A stretch of DNA of 57,737 bases from Planctomycetota bacterium (GTDB lineage: Bacteria > Planctomycetota > GCA-002687715 > DRQF01): assembly GCA_027001995.1 (NCBI GenBank), contig JALTLO010000068.1, positions 1 to 57,737 of the forward strand, in the 5' to 3' direction. Positions 11,401 through 26,552 of this stretch are shown here, in pieces. The stretch's first letter is position 1; every line of letters begins with the position of its first letter. Both the position numbers and the translations under genes were made by a program. The notes beneath the pieces are model-generated. The model saw only the letters and a program-made list of their open reading frames with translations. It made no database searches and was not told the origin of the DNA.

Positions 11401-11760
11401 TTCAGAAGAAACGTAACCAGGTTGAGGCAAGACACCACCACCTTGCAAGAAACTCGAAGGCGGATGAGTGATGATGAAAACAGTGTAACCACGCTGAAGA
11501 AGCCACTGCCATTGGTTGAGATTATCGCCGTCCCAAAATGAGTCTTTGTGGGACACAAATCCCGCACTGTCAACGGTAATTACACCATAGCCATTGGCCG
11601 CAGGGGATTTGGGAATTAGAACCACGACACCATTGTCTTGGTCATCAATATCAGCCCAGTAATGAAGGGGTGGGGTAGATCGAGGGCGCGGAATCACATA
11701 GCGGTCAAAAGTCGCTAGGGACGTCGTTTGAGCGTGCAGACTTTCAAGCGAGAGAGACAT
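8485..11760 (-). CDS. Large exported protein: alpha/beta-hydrolase domain, Asp-rich Ca-binding (TSP3-like) motifs and a C-terminal beta-rich region (TIGR02597-like)
   Basis: GGSAG nucleophile elbow, YGDTDSVV acid motif and RHGW His motif. DSDKDGLPD and DTDGDGQGD repeats. The C-terminal region (TAPVG...LEGHWW...LADLF...W..RPY) resembles PVC-group TIGR02597 proteins. The likely native start at 11824 is out of frame (see findings). Confidence 0.75.
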   Translation of the reverse strand: MSLSLESLHAQTTSLATFDRYVIPRPRSTPPLHYWADIDDQDNGVVVLIPKSPAANGYGVITVDSAGFVSHKDSFWDGDNLNQWQWLLQRGYTVFIITHPPSSFLQGGGVLPQPGYVSSEIREFVELSVIEIKKFNQGVPPPNHPAGVPFPIVDPSDPNSYGGFGGSAGAFFILDIAMKEASLRKSTLVTDLNGVETLLDSGVGATAVCCPGVDTYNWRFPGDDSYMRRNASGFAHVDLSASGFPVPSYLGLPTHYPPAQQIQFPANGGLLTDALNGVPSAQFLPEGYLKKIPSATGGDVLWKHVLFDTLSFTVLYPAAFPFPPPADRAVNNNDMALNTIYQVIPTDWAQMFTGHNIVDLVHSAAPPVFYLYGDTDSVVVPFQAERFKTVYDGRATASNLSQFPRFGQRHGWRDMDQKDFEAFADFFDLHIRGIVDSDKDGLPDSQEAAFSVSEWDTDGDGQGDRNEYEHENLTGTPVAGSSDLDNPFKTFRITSIKKKLNMGLKNWRITITFQGGGGNAASDYEVQTSISLFSEGPPVQFYPQWKTVLQNYTITPTGTPDEFEFTLNRPVNAGSDEKFYRVVFKGGSAMAAFRTISTAPVGLDRMLISRNDPLASTVPRANLICYPFQTPDLWRVRVNTATQASAQTIWTSANTTAYPVSVTTNPNTPIYPTEAGSFEYYAMISEDWDTSSRRPGRITLPLSPTNQSPNPEDHGLEGHWWFLDAAAGSTMTLDDWPSNDTLATAISPGSSVSVRRLASLADLFDGLQDTRPSAGANRWLRAADITSSPSTVNVPSPFRAGDQIRFLKRCAHSIAWDGSMSFTPSEVEAWTILEFYDGGIYNGYWFESTDSNTPPLPVDLDSFHMRPDEAIEYLATPLSSDKDDQYWSSGLVPTSDIVAYVNALATPTGCPSIPSQQVFPPAADSGTVYYGVSAIGWPFPVSSKIVTRDKQDSMFFASGLTMDPDLGTSINGMNNVDLPPTSLAGAVLFYTDYTAIDYVGDSAQTATAVWGQDTGLYAYWDVPLPLVRSAYISSAGRVFGNNLGLGSQGGTVGEPLQTFRSGRGYNILMNRASATEKLVQEWRMRRPYRRP

Positions 11761-11791
11761 AAGAGAGACATAAGAGAGACATAAGAGAGAC
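11751..11791. repeat. 11-bp tandem repeat (AGAGAGACATA) x3.7 in the signal-peptide coding region
   Basis: Read directly: agagagacata agagagacata agagagacata agagagac. Confidence 0.97.
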
Positions 11792-12190
11792 CCGGCGCAA
11801 GGGCCAACGAATTGCCTTAATCATTTTTTTCCTTCCTATTTACGCAATAAGTCCCCGCAGAATAGTCTTTTCAAGAACGATGTCAACCTAGATTTTTATG
11901 CAGGTAGCTGCAATCCCTGACCCTCTGCCACGGGGATGGGATGTCTATGATTCATGTCATATCGGGTACCCGGTCAACTTCAGCGGCATGGATATCACCA
12001 TGGAGCCTTGTGTTGGGGAAACGAGCCAGAGAATCTTGCCCTTTTCGAGCACCACCTCAAGCAAACGAAAACGGTCCCTGACATCGACTTGGGGGTTCCG
12101 CTGCTGCGGAATCGCACCATTTGGTATAAGGTGACAGGCTCGCTTTATTGCAACATCGCAGCGCGGGTTTTGTTTCTTGAGGAGTCCTTC

Positions 12191-19349
<7,159 letters not shown>

Positions 19350-19409
19350 GTTTGAGGTCATCGAATCTCAGTGACGCACACTCGATATTCCACGAAAGTT
19401 CATGGGAAG

Positions 19410-20498
19410 CTACTTCGACCGATTGCGACCCAAGAATTTCTGGCCCTTAGCCCAAACTAGACCCAAGCCAGCGATAGGTCGGATCTCTAAGAGAGGCAAC
19501 AAAAGGTGGGCTTCACCGGAGTTCTCAGCACCCCGTTTCTTAACTTCTTGGTGCAAGAGACGATATTCCAAAGGAAAACGATTCGAGAGGAAACTCCCGA
19601 TCTCTGCGATTCTCTCTTCGGACAATCCTGGATAGGGCTGCCAAGTACCGTCGTCACCAGCTAAGGGATCGCGAAAGAGAACTCCGTCTTCTCGCCCCAT
19701 GTATTGCAAGGCAAGCGCCTCATTCTTTTGCTCATACTGGGACAAGAAAGCCTTGCGTCTTGCCGGCGACAGAAGGGCATGATTCCAAGGCTTTGAACCT
19801 TCCGAGTTCGAGTAGCTTTGCAGAGGAACGTCCAACACACGGGCTAGCTTGGGAAAAACATTCACCAGACGTTTGAATTCAAGTGCGTCTCGATTGTAAG
19901 AAGGATTGACAACTCGTTGGGGAAAGGTGAAAGAGTCGTCTGCATCGATCCCTAGAACACCCAGAAAGTCCAAGAGAATATTCCCTTGGGCGAACTGTTG
20001 CCTTTCAAAGGCCCTCACCTGGATATTCTCTTTCTTGAACAATGAGGCCCAACGATCAAGATAAGTCAAGTAGCTGTTTCTCTCATCTGGGGGAGTGTCA
20101 TTCAAATAGGAGTCAAAGCTCAAACAGATTCCCCGACGCTTCACCGCCTGATTGTAAACTGATTCGAGCCGCAGATCTTGGCGCCGAAGGTAGACAACGA
20201 TTCGGCTATTCTCAGAGAAGACAGATCGCATCTCTTCTGGGCGTACATACATTCCCTCCCAGGAAAACAGAGGGTGTGCACCTGAAGGACAGTTGTGAAT
20301 CAATGCTGGGACCTGTTGTCGGCTATCTTCGTCGTGCAGCAAAGACTGGTGTCCGCCAGACACAAAGTTCGCATCGCAGGAATGCTCAGGGTACCAGAAT
20401 CCCAACTCCAACAAACGTAAACGGTTCTGTAGTAAGAAGTACTGGATACTTGAGGTACCAGTCTTAGGCATGCCAATATGCAAATAAGGGTCGTTCAA
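19410..20498 (-). CDS. Sulfotransferase-like P-loop protein (surface polysaccharide associated)
   Basis: N-terminal LHIGMPKTGTSSIQ (PAPS-binding-like) and YLRRQDLRLESVYNQ motifs. Confidence 0.7.
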   Translation of the reverse strand: MNDPYLHIGMPKTGTSSIQYFLLQNRLRLLELGFWYPEHSCDANFVSGGHQSLLHDEDSRQQVPALIHNCPSGAHPLFSWEGMYVRPEEMRSVFSENSRIVVYLRRQDLRLESVYNQAVKRRGICLSFDSYLNDTPPDERNSYLTYLDRWASLFKKENIQVRAFERQQFAQGNILLDFLGVLGIDADDSFTFPQRVVNPSYNRDALEFKRLVNVFPKLARVLDVPLQSYSNSEGSKPWNHALLSPARRKAFLSQYEQKNEALALQYMGREDGVLFRDPLAGDDGTWQPYPGLSEERIAEIGSFLSNRFPLEYRLLHQEVKKRGAENSGEAHLLLPLLEIRPIAGLGLVWAKGQKFLGRNRSK

Positions 20499-20672
20499 GA
20501 TGGAATAAGTCCAGAGAAATGAGGTCGAGGTCGACTCAGCCGGGGCTTCGATTATATGTTCTTAGATCAAAGATGAGTAAGGGAAAATCCGCCAATCCCA
20601 TCAACAATTGAAGTGGCGCATCGAACAGGACTTCTATAGACTCGTCGAAACAAGGCCCCCCTGAGGATACCC

Positions 20673-22655
20673 ATGAATTCAACTTCCACCCTCTTCGTTT
20701 CGAAAAGCGTCAAGTCCACTTCACTGTTGATTTTCTCGTTTGTCATCCTCATGTGTGGCTCCAACAGCATCTTTGGCCAATCGCCACTGATGTCAACCTT
20801 GGCCGGAGGATTTTCCACCCGAGGCAACATGTTCGACATCAAGTCCCTCACCGGGGTCGTGATCAACGACTTTGACGTCAACTTCTCTCTCATCTCCATC
20901 GGGCTGCCAACAACATTGGAAGTCTGGACGTTGAACAGCCCAGGTTCCTATCTGGGCAACCAGAATAGCAATGCTAACTGGACGATGATTGCCAGTCTCC
21001 CCAACTTTGGTGCCAGTGGCACGCCCACCAACCTTGGGCTCAACCTGAACGTCGCAATTCCTGCCGGTCAAACCCAGGCCTTCTACATCACAACCACACC
21101 CTCTTCGGGACTCACATTTCGAGAATCCCCAGGAATTGCCGGAAACGTTGCTGCATCGAATGCCGATATAGAACTCCTTTCCGGACATGGCGGAAACTAC
21201 TTCACCCTGGCGAACTCTGGGCGCACCTTCAATGGCAACATCTACTACACACAAGCCTCTAGCTTAGCTGACGACTTGCAACTGGCAGCCATCATTGCCC
21301 CAATCAATGACACCATCGATTGTGTCCCAAGATCAGCAACAGAAACCGTGACCATCGAGGTCCGTAACTTGGGCATAAATACCATTCCCGCTGGTACAAC
21401 GATCACAACTAGCTTCCAAGTAAACGGGGGTCCACTTGCCACGGAATTCCTCATTCTGGGATCGCCCATGGCCACGGGAGGAACCCGCCAATACACCTTC
21501 ACGGCAACAGCCGATCTATCCGCTCTAGGGAATTACACGATCACCACTTCAATCCTCTACGGTCCCGACTTAGATCCGGCAAACGACAGTTTGACTCTAC
21601 CTATCGGCAGCGGTGGTCAACTGCGCGTCACCAACTTCCCATTCTTGGAAGATTTCACAGTAACGGGAGTCAATGGCACAACAGAACTGCCAATTGGTTT
21701 CATTAACGAGAGCACTGACAGTGTCGGCATGGGATCCGATTGGCTCACTCGTAACGACGCAACACCCACACCGGGGACCGGTCCAGGGGCGGACAATACT
21801 ACCGGGACGGCGGGAATGGGAGGATACGTCTATGTTGACGATGATGGTGCCCAACTCATGGTCAACATGCGATCCCCCTGTTTTGTCCTCAACGGACTGA
21901 CCAATCCAAACCTTCGTTTCTTCATGCACTCCCTCAACAGCATGGGCAGCGCCAATGAGAACATGTTTTCTGTAGATGTCATCACCTATCCCCTTGGGAC
22001 CATCATGATGGATGCCTTTGGGCCCCAAGGACAAACCGGAGCTGGGTGGACTCAGCAAGCTACGGATCTTAGCCCATTCATTGGCCAGACTATTCAGCTT
22101 GTCTTCCGTGCCGAGACTGTTGGAAGCACTGGCAACTCCCACGATCTTGCTCTTGATGACATCAGCATCGTTGACTTGCTTTTGACTCCTGGCCAAGCCC
22201 CCCAACCAGGGTTGGCTGTCTTAGACATCAATGATTGCCGAAATCCAAATTTCGATCCACTGCAATTCGGTTTCGGAGGGCCCTACTTCACCAGCATCAG
22301 CATGGGCGACACGCTCATCTTCCGCATGGAAGGTCAGCCTTCCAGCTCGATCTTGCTGTTGAGTGGCCCCCTCAATCCGGCAGTGGCAGTCTTCCCGAAC
22401 ATCGGCCAATTGGACCTTGGCGGAGCAGTGGATCCCTTAACAGGAATCCCAACAATGCTCACAGTCATAGCTGATGGCAGTATGATCGGAGGGTTCAACC
22501 CCTTCTTCAACATTGCCACCGCCGGCGTCACCGAAATTGGTTTCTCTGTGCCGAACCTGCCCCTTGGCGTCTTGGGCAATTTCCAATGCGTCATGGTCGA
22601 CAGCTCGACACCAACCGTCAGCATTTCCAATGCGGTGCAGATCACAGTGCAGTGA
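20673..22655 (+). CDS. Exported modular protein: N-terminal beta-sandwich, Ig-like, MAM-like and conserved C-terminal domain
   Basis: GAGGA ribosome-binding site, signal peptide and Gly/Thr/Asn-rich composition. Paralogous to 6340..8481 over the C-terminal two thirds. Confidence 0.8.
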   Translation: MNSTSTLFVSKSVKSTSLLIFSFVILMCGSNSIFGQSPLMSTLAGGFSTRGNMFDIKSLTGVVINDFDVNFSLISIGLPTTLEVWTLNSPGSYLGNQNSNANWTMIASLPNFGASGTPTNLGLNLNVAIPAGQTQAFYITTTPSSGLTFRESPGIAGNVAASNADIELLSGHGGNYFTLANSGRTFNGNIYYTQASSLADDLQLAAIIAPINDTIDCVPRSATETVTIEVRNLGINTIPAGTTITTSFQVNGGPLATEFLILGSPMATGGTRQYTFTATADLSALGNYTITTSILYGPDLDPANDSLTLPIGSGGQLRVTNFPFLEDFTVTGVNGTTELPIGFINESTDSVGMGSDWLTRNDATPTPGTGPGADNTTGTAGMGGYVYVDDDGAQLMVNMRSPCFVLNGLTNPNLRFFMHSLNSMGSANENMFSVDVITYPLGTIMMDAFGPQGQTGAGWTQQATDLSPFIGQTIQLVFRAETVGSTGNSHDLALDDISIVDLLLTPGQAPQPGLAVLDINDCRNPNFDPLQFGFGGPYFTSISMGDTLIFRMEGQPSSSILLLSGPLNPAVAVFPNIGQLDLGGAVDPLTGIPTMLTVIADGSMIGGFNPFFNIATAGVTEIGFSVPNLPLGVLGNFQCVMVDSSTPTVSISNAVQITVQ

Positions 22656-22725
22656 TCTGCACCTCTGACACTCCCTTCTTTACACCAACTTGGGGCACAT
22701 CATGTCCAAGCGCACATCGACGGCA

Positions 22726-24135
22726 CTAGAATTGGTAGTACAAGAAGGGAACGTGTTGCGCCGCCAAGAGCATCAACACTGCGAGAACAAAGCATGGCAA
22801 GACCCACACGAGATCGACCAAACGAGAATCCCTATGATGCGTCAATTGCCAGCTATTCTTGGCGAAGAACGCCAACACTATTGCACTCCCAAATTGCCAC
22901 AAACAGAGATTTTGAGTCGTCCAAAACCCATCAGAGAAACTCCCCCAACCGTTGAAGCCGAACATACCCTTGTACATTAGGATAGCACCGTCCATGTCCT
23001 TCGCACGGAAGGCAACCCAACCACAAACCACAAGGAAGAAAGTCCACAGGATACGAAGAAAGTTTGGCAGCCCTCCAAGCAGACGCCCTTGAATAATGCG
23101 CTCGATGGCCAACAATAGCCCATGAAAGGTGCCCCAGATAATAAAAGTCCATTGGGCACCATGCCAAAGTCCACCAAGCACCATGGTAATCATTAAGTTG
23201 ACGTAGGTTCGAATCGACCCTCTCTTGCTGCCTCCAAGAGGGATATATAGGTAATCTCTAAGCCAACTTGAGAGGCTTATGTGCCACCGTCTCCAAAAGT
23301 CTGTAATTGATGTGGCTTTGTAAGGAGAATTGAAGTTGCAAGGAAATGAGAATCCAAACATGAGCCCGAGACCAATGGCCATGTCAGAGTACGCACTGAA
23401 GTCATAGTAGAGTTGAAAGGCATACGCAATCGCCCCGGACCATGCTTGGCAGAATCCCGGATCTGATCTTCCGAAAACTTCGTCGGCAATGATACCGACG
23501 CCGTCCGCCAAGATCATTTTCTTGGCAAACCCCATCATGAAGAGGCGGCTACCCGTACCTAACTTCTCCAACGTGTGGCTGCGCTTCTTGATCTGCTCAT
23601 GGACAGTGCCATAGCGTACAATCGGACCGGCTACGAGTTGAGGAAACAGAGACACATAAGCAGCTAACTCCAGAATATTCCCGACTGGTTTGGCCTGTTT
23701 GCGATAAATGTCAATGGTATAGCTCATCGACTGAAACGTGTAGAACGAGATGCCAACCGGCAGCACGACTCTTTGCCAGTCCGAAATGGCGTCCGCCGAA
23801 ACCAACGGTGCAATCACACTGTTATAGTTCTCAACAAAGAAATTAGCGTATTTGAAATAGGCCAAGAGTCCTAAGTTCGAGACCATCGAAGCCAGAACCC
23901 AGATTTTTGGCCGCTTGGTAGCGGGGTTGCCAACTTTCTTGCCGCAACAGTAGTCGATCACAGTCGAAATCAGCATAAGAAGAGTAAAATCAATACGCCA
24001 CCACCCGTAGAAAGTGTAACTCATGAGGGTGAGCCACGACATACGCACGGTATTTGAGGCTCTGATGAGCAAGTAGTAGACGCCGAGCACAAGCGGTAAG
24101 AAATAGAAGAGAAAAATCTCAGAAGAGAAAACCAT
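22726..24135 (-). CDS. algI: MBOAT family O-acyltransferase (AlgI/DltB-like)
   Basis: MVFSSEIFLFYFLP start, LPVGISFYTFQSMSY, YDFSAYSDMAIG, FWRRWHISLSSWLRDYLYIPLGG, GLWHGA and a FLYYQF end. Confidence 0.93.
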   Translation of the reverse strand: MVFSSEIFLFYFLPLVLGVYYLLIRASNTVRMSWLTLMSYTFYGWWRIDFTLLMLISTVIDYCCGKKVGNPATKRPKIWVLASMVSNLGLLAYFKYANFFVENYNSVIAPLVSADAISDWQRVVLPVGISFYTFQSMSYTIDIYRKQAKPVGNILELAAYVSLFPQLVAGPIVRYGTVHEQIKKRSHTLEKLGTGSRLFMMGFAKKMILADGVGIIADEVFGRSDPGFCQAWSGAIAYAFQLYYDFSAYSDMAIGLGLMFGFSFPCNFNSPYKATSITDFWRRWHISLSSWLRDYLYIPLGGSKRGSIRTYVNLMITMVLGGLWHGAQWTFIIWGTFHGLLLAIERIIQGRLLGGLPNFLRILWTFFLVVCGWVAFRAKDMDGAILMYKGMFGFNGWGSFSDGFWTTQNLCLWQFGSAIVLAFFAKNSWQLTHHRDSRLVDLVWVLPCFVLAVLMLLAAQHVPFLYYQF

Positions 24136-24198
24136 ACCTTGCGTCCTTTGATGAAGAATTTTCCCTACCCAAGGGGAGTAGCGAACCGAAACCGATGC

Positions 24199-25479
24199 TC
24201 ATTTCCTTGGAACGAACGAAGCAAACCGTTTGGCCTGGCCGGGATTCAACTTGAGATAGTTCCGAATCGCATCCCTGCACCAAGGAATCGTCACAAGTGT
24301 TCTCCCCAACTTCTGCCATTGACCTGAGAAGCAATGGCGAAAAGGGAATTCGATCACAACAACCCGGAGTTTCGGTAAATCTGGAGCTTCTTTAATGAGC
24401 TGCAAAAGCCCCTTGATCGGCCCACCTGCGTGAATCGCATGATCTTGCACAACGGTCGACAGCTCCCATGCGAGTACGCGCGCAAGATTTGCTTTGCCGC
24501 GCATACGATCCCCGAAACGAGACCCAAAACTCGTCCCTGTGAGAGCAACTTCAGATTCGGCAGGAACATTGATCTTCGCATTCGGGAAATTTCTATATTC
24601 TAGGGCGAACTTAAAGTCACTCGCGAAATTTAGAGAATCACGAAATCCCATGTTGTATGTCGCATCCGTGGTGTGCTTTCTGGTCTTCATCACTGTCATT
24701 GCTAGATCGCCGTGACGCTGAGACAACGAAGGGACTAATTCCCTAATCCGCTCAGCCGCCATCTTTCCAGACTCAAGAACTCCAAGCGGAGACATGTGCG
24801 TCCCTAATTTAAAGAAAGGAAATTCTCCATCACGAATCATGAGGCGCAGCCTTGGCCGTAAGTTAACGACCTCGACATCGTGTTCCGCGAATTTCTTCAA
24901 GATAGAGTTCCAAACCGGATCCTCAAAACTCCGCGAGGCTCTCTGGGCCCTGCCTCTTGGCAAGAATTCTGAGCAGACGCTAGCCTTTTTCGGGATGGGG
25001 AGAACGACGCACTCGACCTCCCGAGATGCAAAACAAATGGCGACAAGCTCCTGAATTGTCGCCAGCCGCTCCAAGCGCGCTTCAGCAAAACCTCTGTCGT
25101 AATCATCAACCACATAATTGAGAGAAGCATTCCAAAAGACCCAACCGTCAGAGCCACGGACCCATGGTTTTCGGAATGTCCGAAATCCGGCATAAAGAAC
25201 CTCATTTCCGATTGCTGTGAGATATCGACTGAAAACCGTTTCCTTCATGTAGTCATCCAAGGAACGAGCGAATTTCCCATCAAGGAGTGACGCCTTGTCC
25301 GGCAGGGCTGGAAATTCTTCCAGAGGCTTGCGCGCCCAATTTCGGGTCGGTCTACTGGAATAATCATCAAACAATTCGCGCAAACGACTGCGGAATAGGT
25401 GGGGCGCAGTAATTGTTGCTGCGAAGAAGACAACAAAGGCAAAATTGCTGCCCTTGCTTAGAAACGATGTTCTTTTCAC
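24199..25479 (-). CDS. AlgJ/AlgX-like SGNH O-acetyltransferase
   Basis: N-terminal TM anchor, GSDGWVF, IPKK, GTHMSPLG (DTHW-like) and GTSFG. Lies directly upstream of the AlgI-like gene. Confidence 0.75.
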   Translation of the reverse strand: MKRTSFLSKGSNFAFVVFFAATITAPHLFRSRLRELFDDYSSRPTRNWARKPLEEFPALPDKASLLDGKFARSLDDYMKETVFSRYLTAIGNEVLYAGFRTFRKPWVRGSDGWVFWNASLNYVVDDYDRGFAEARLERLATIQELVAICFASREVECVVLPIPKKASVCSEFLPRGRAQRASRSFEDPVWNSILKKFAEHDVEVVNLRPRLRLMIRDGEFPFFKLGTHMSPLGVLESGKMAAERIRELVPSLSQRHGDLAMTVMKTRKHTTDATYNMGFRDSLNFASDFKFALEYRNFPNAKINVPAESEVALTGTSFGSRFGDRMRGKANLARVLAWELSTVVQDHAIHAGGPIKGLLQLIKEAPDLPKLRVVVIEFPFRHCFSGQWQKLGRTLVTIPWCRDAIRNYLKLNPGQAKRFASFVPRK

Positions 25480-25847
25480 TGGATACTCCCATAATGCTTG
25501 CTTTGAATAAAACCAACAACTGGCACGCAGGAGCAGTCAGTCCCCCCGGAGAAGCCCAACAAATAAGAAACACACGCTCGTTTCTGGCAAGCAGCCAAAC
25601 ATGGAGCGAACGTAATCACAATACTTCTTATCTTCATCGCCCCGCTCCCAGGATTTCTCCTGCGTCTTAACTTCTCAGTGTACATTTCAGCGGCTCGTCA
25701 ATGGTCCCAGACCATTTTGTCAACAACAAGGAAATTCTCGTCCAACAACCACATCATCGCAAGAACACGCTCCGTTCTATTGGCTTGCAAGGCAATGAAA
25801 TGACCGCCGTCCCCCTGAGACTCACCGTTCCATGCAACCATGGAGAA

Positions 25848-26552
25848 CTATCGCGGCCCTTGAGGAGGCTTCCTCCGGCCCTTCTTGACCGGATCGTCAC
25901 TCTTGATGAGTTCTGGAAGCCCTGTGCTCAGTTCAAAGGCAAAGTGACCTTTGGTGCTGCGAACTTCTAGTGTGTAAGTGCCCGGCTTGGATCCTTTGTA
26001 CTCGAAGAACCACTTGCCCGGTGTTCCCGCCACGCGAGGGATCTTCTTGAGAGCAACCATCTTGCCATCCGGGTCTTTGAGAGTGAATTCTGCAAGACTT
26101 GAAAACCCTTGGATCAGGCGATGAGGTGATCTGGACTCCTCGATGCGATAAGTCATCACCGCATCTTGTGCCAGGTGTCCACGAGTGACTTGCCCCACTC
26201 GCAGAATCGTAGGCTTACTCGGCACTTTCCATTTCTGATCGTGCTTCTTCATTTTCAAAGTAAACTTCGCCACTTGACCAGCCTGCAAGACTAGGTCTTG
26301 AATGAAGTCCAAATGCCCAGACTCCGTCGCCCGAAGTTGTACCCGAGCCCGATTGAGGATGATCCGCAAAGGCCCTCTTGATGACGTCTGTCCCTTGAAT
26401 TTGCCATCGATGTAGATCAAGGCTTGGGTTGAATCAGCGCTCAGTTCAAGACCATAGAGAGTCTCTGTTTTGCTCACGTCGGCGAAACTGACCTCCGATG
26501 GTAAAGAAGCACAAGTGATGATCAACAAGATCAAACCAATGAGATACTTCAT
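25848..26552 (-). CDS. Exported PEGA-like domain protein
   Basis: Signal peptide and ALIYIDGKFKGQT PEGA-like motif. ATGA overlap with the upstream gene. Confidence 0.65.
   Translation of the reverse strand: MKYLIGLILLIITCASLPSEVSFADVSKTETLYGLELSADSTQALIYIDGKFKGQTSSRGPLRIILNRARVQLRATESGHLDFIQDLVLQAGQVAKFTLKMKKHDQKWKVPSKPTILRVGQVTRGHLAQDAVMTYRIEESRSPHRLIQGFSSLAEFTLKDPDGKMVALKKIPRVAGTPGKWFFEYKGSKPGTYTLEVRSTKGHFAFELSTGLPELIKSDDPVKKGRRKPPQGPR

Noticed and set aside
11751..11791. Possible CRISPR array (the repeat at 34791-34830 was also considered)
   Set aside because: Units are 8-11 bp, contiguous and without spacers, and no cas genes are present.
11954..12190. N-terminal extensions in the ORF track (also 15378-15536, 33206-33466, 41613-41684, 50387-50449 and 4494-4721)
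   Set aside because: Downstream starts have better ribosome-binding sites, signal peptides or family-typical N-termini.
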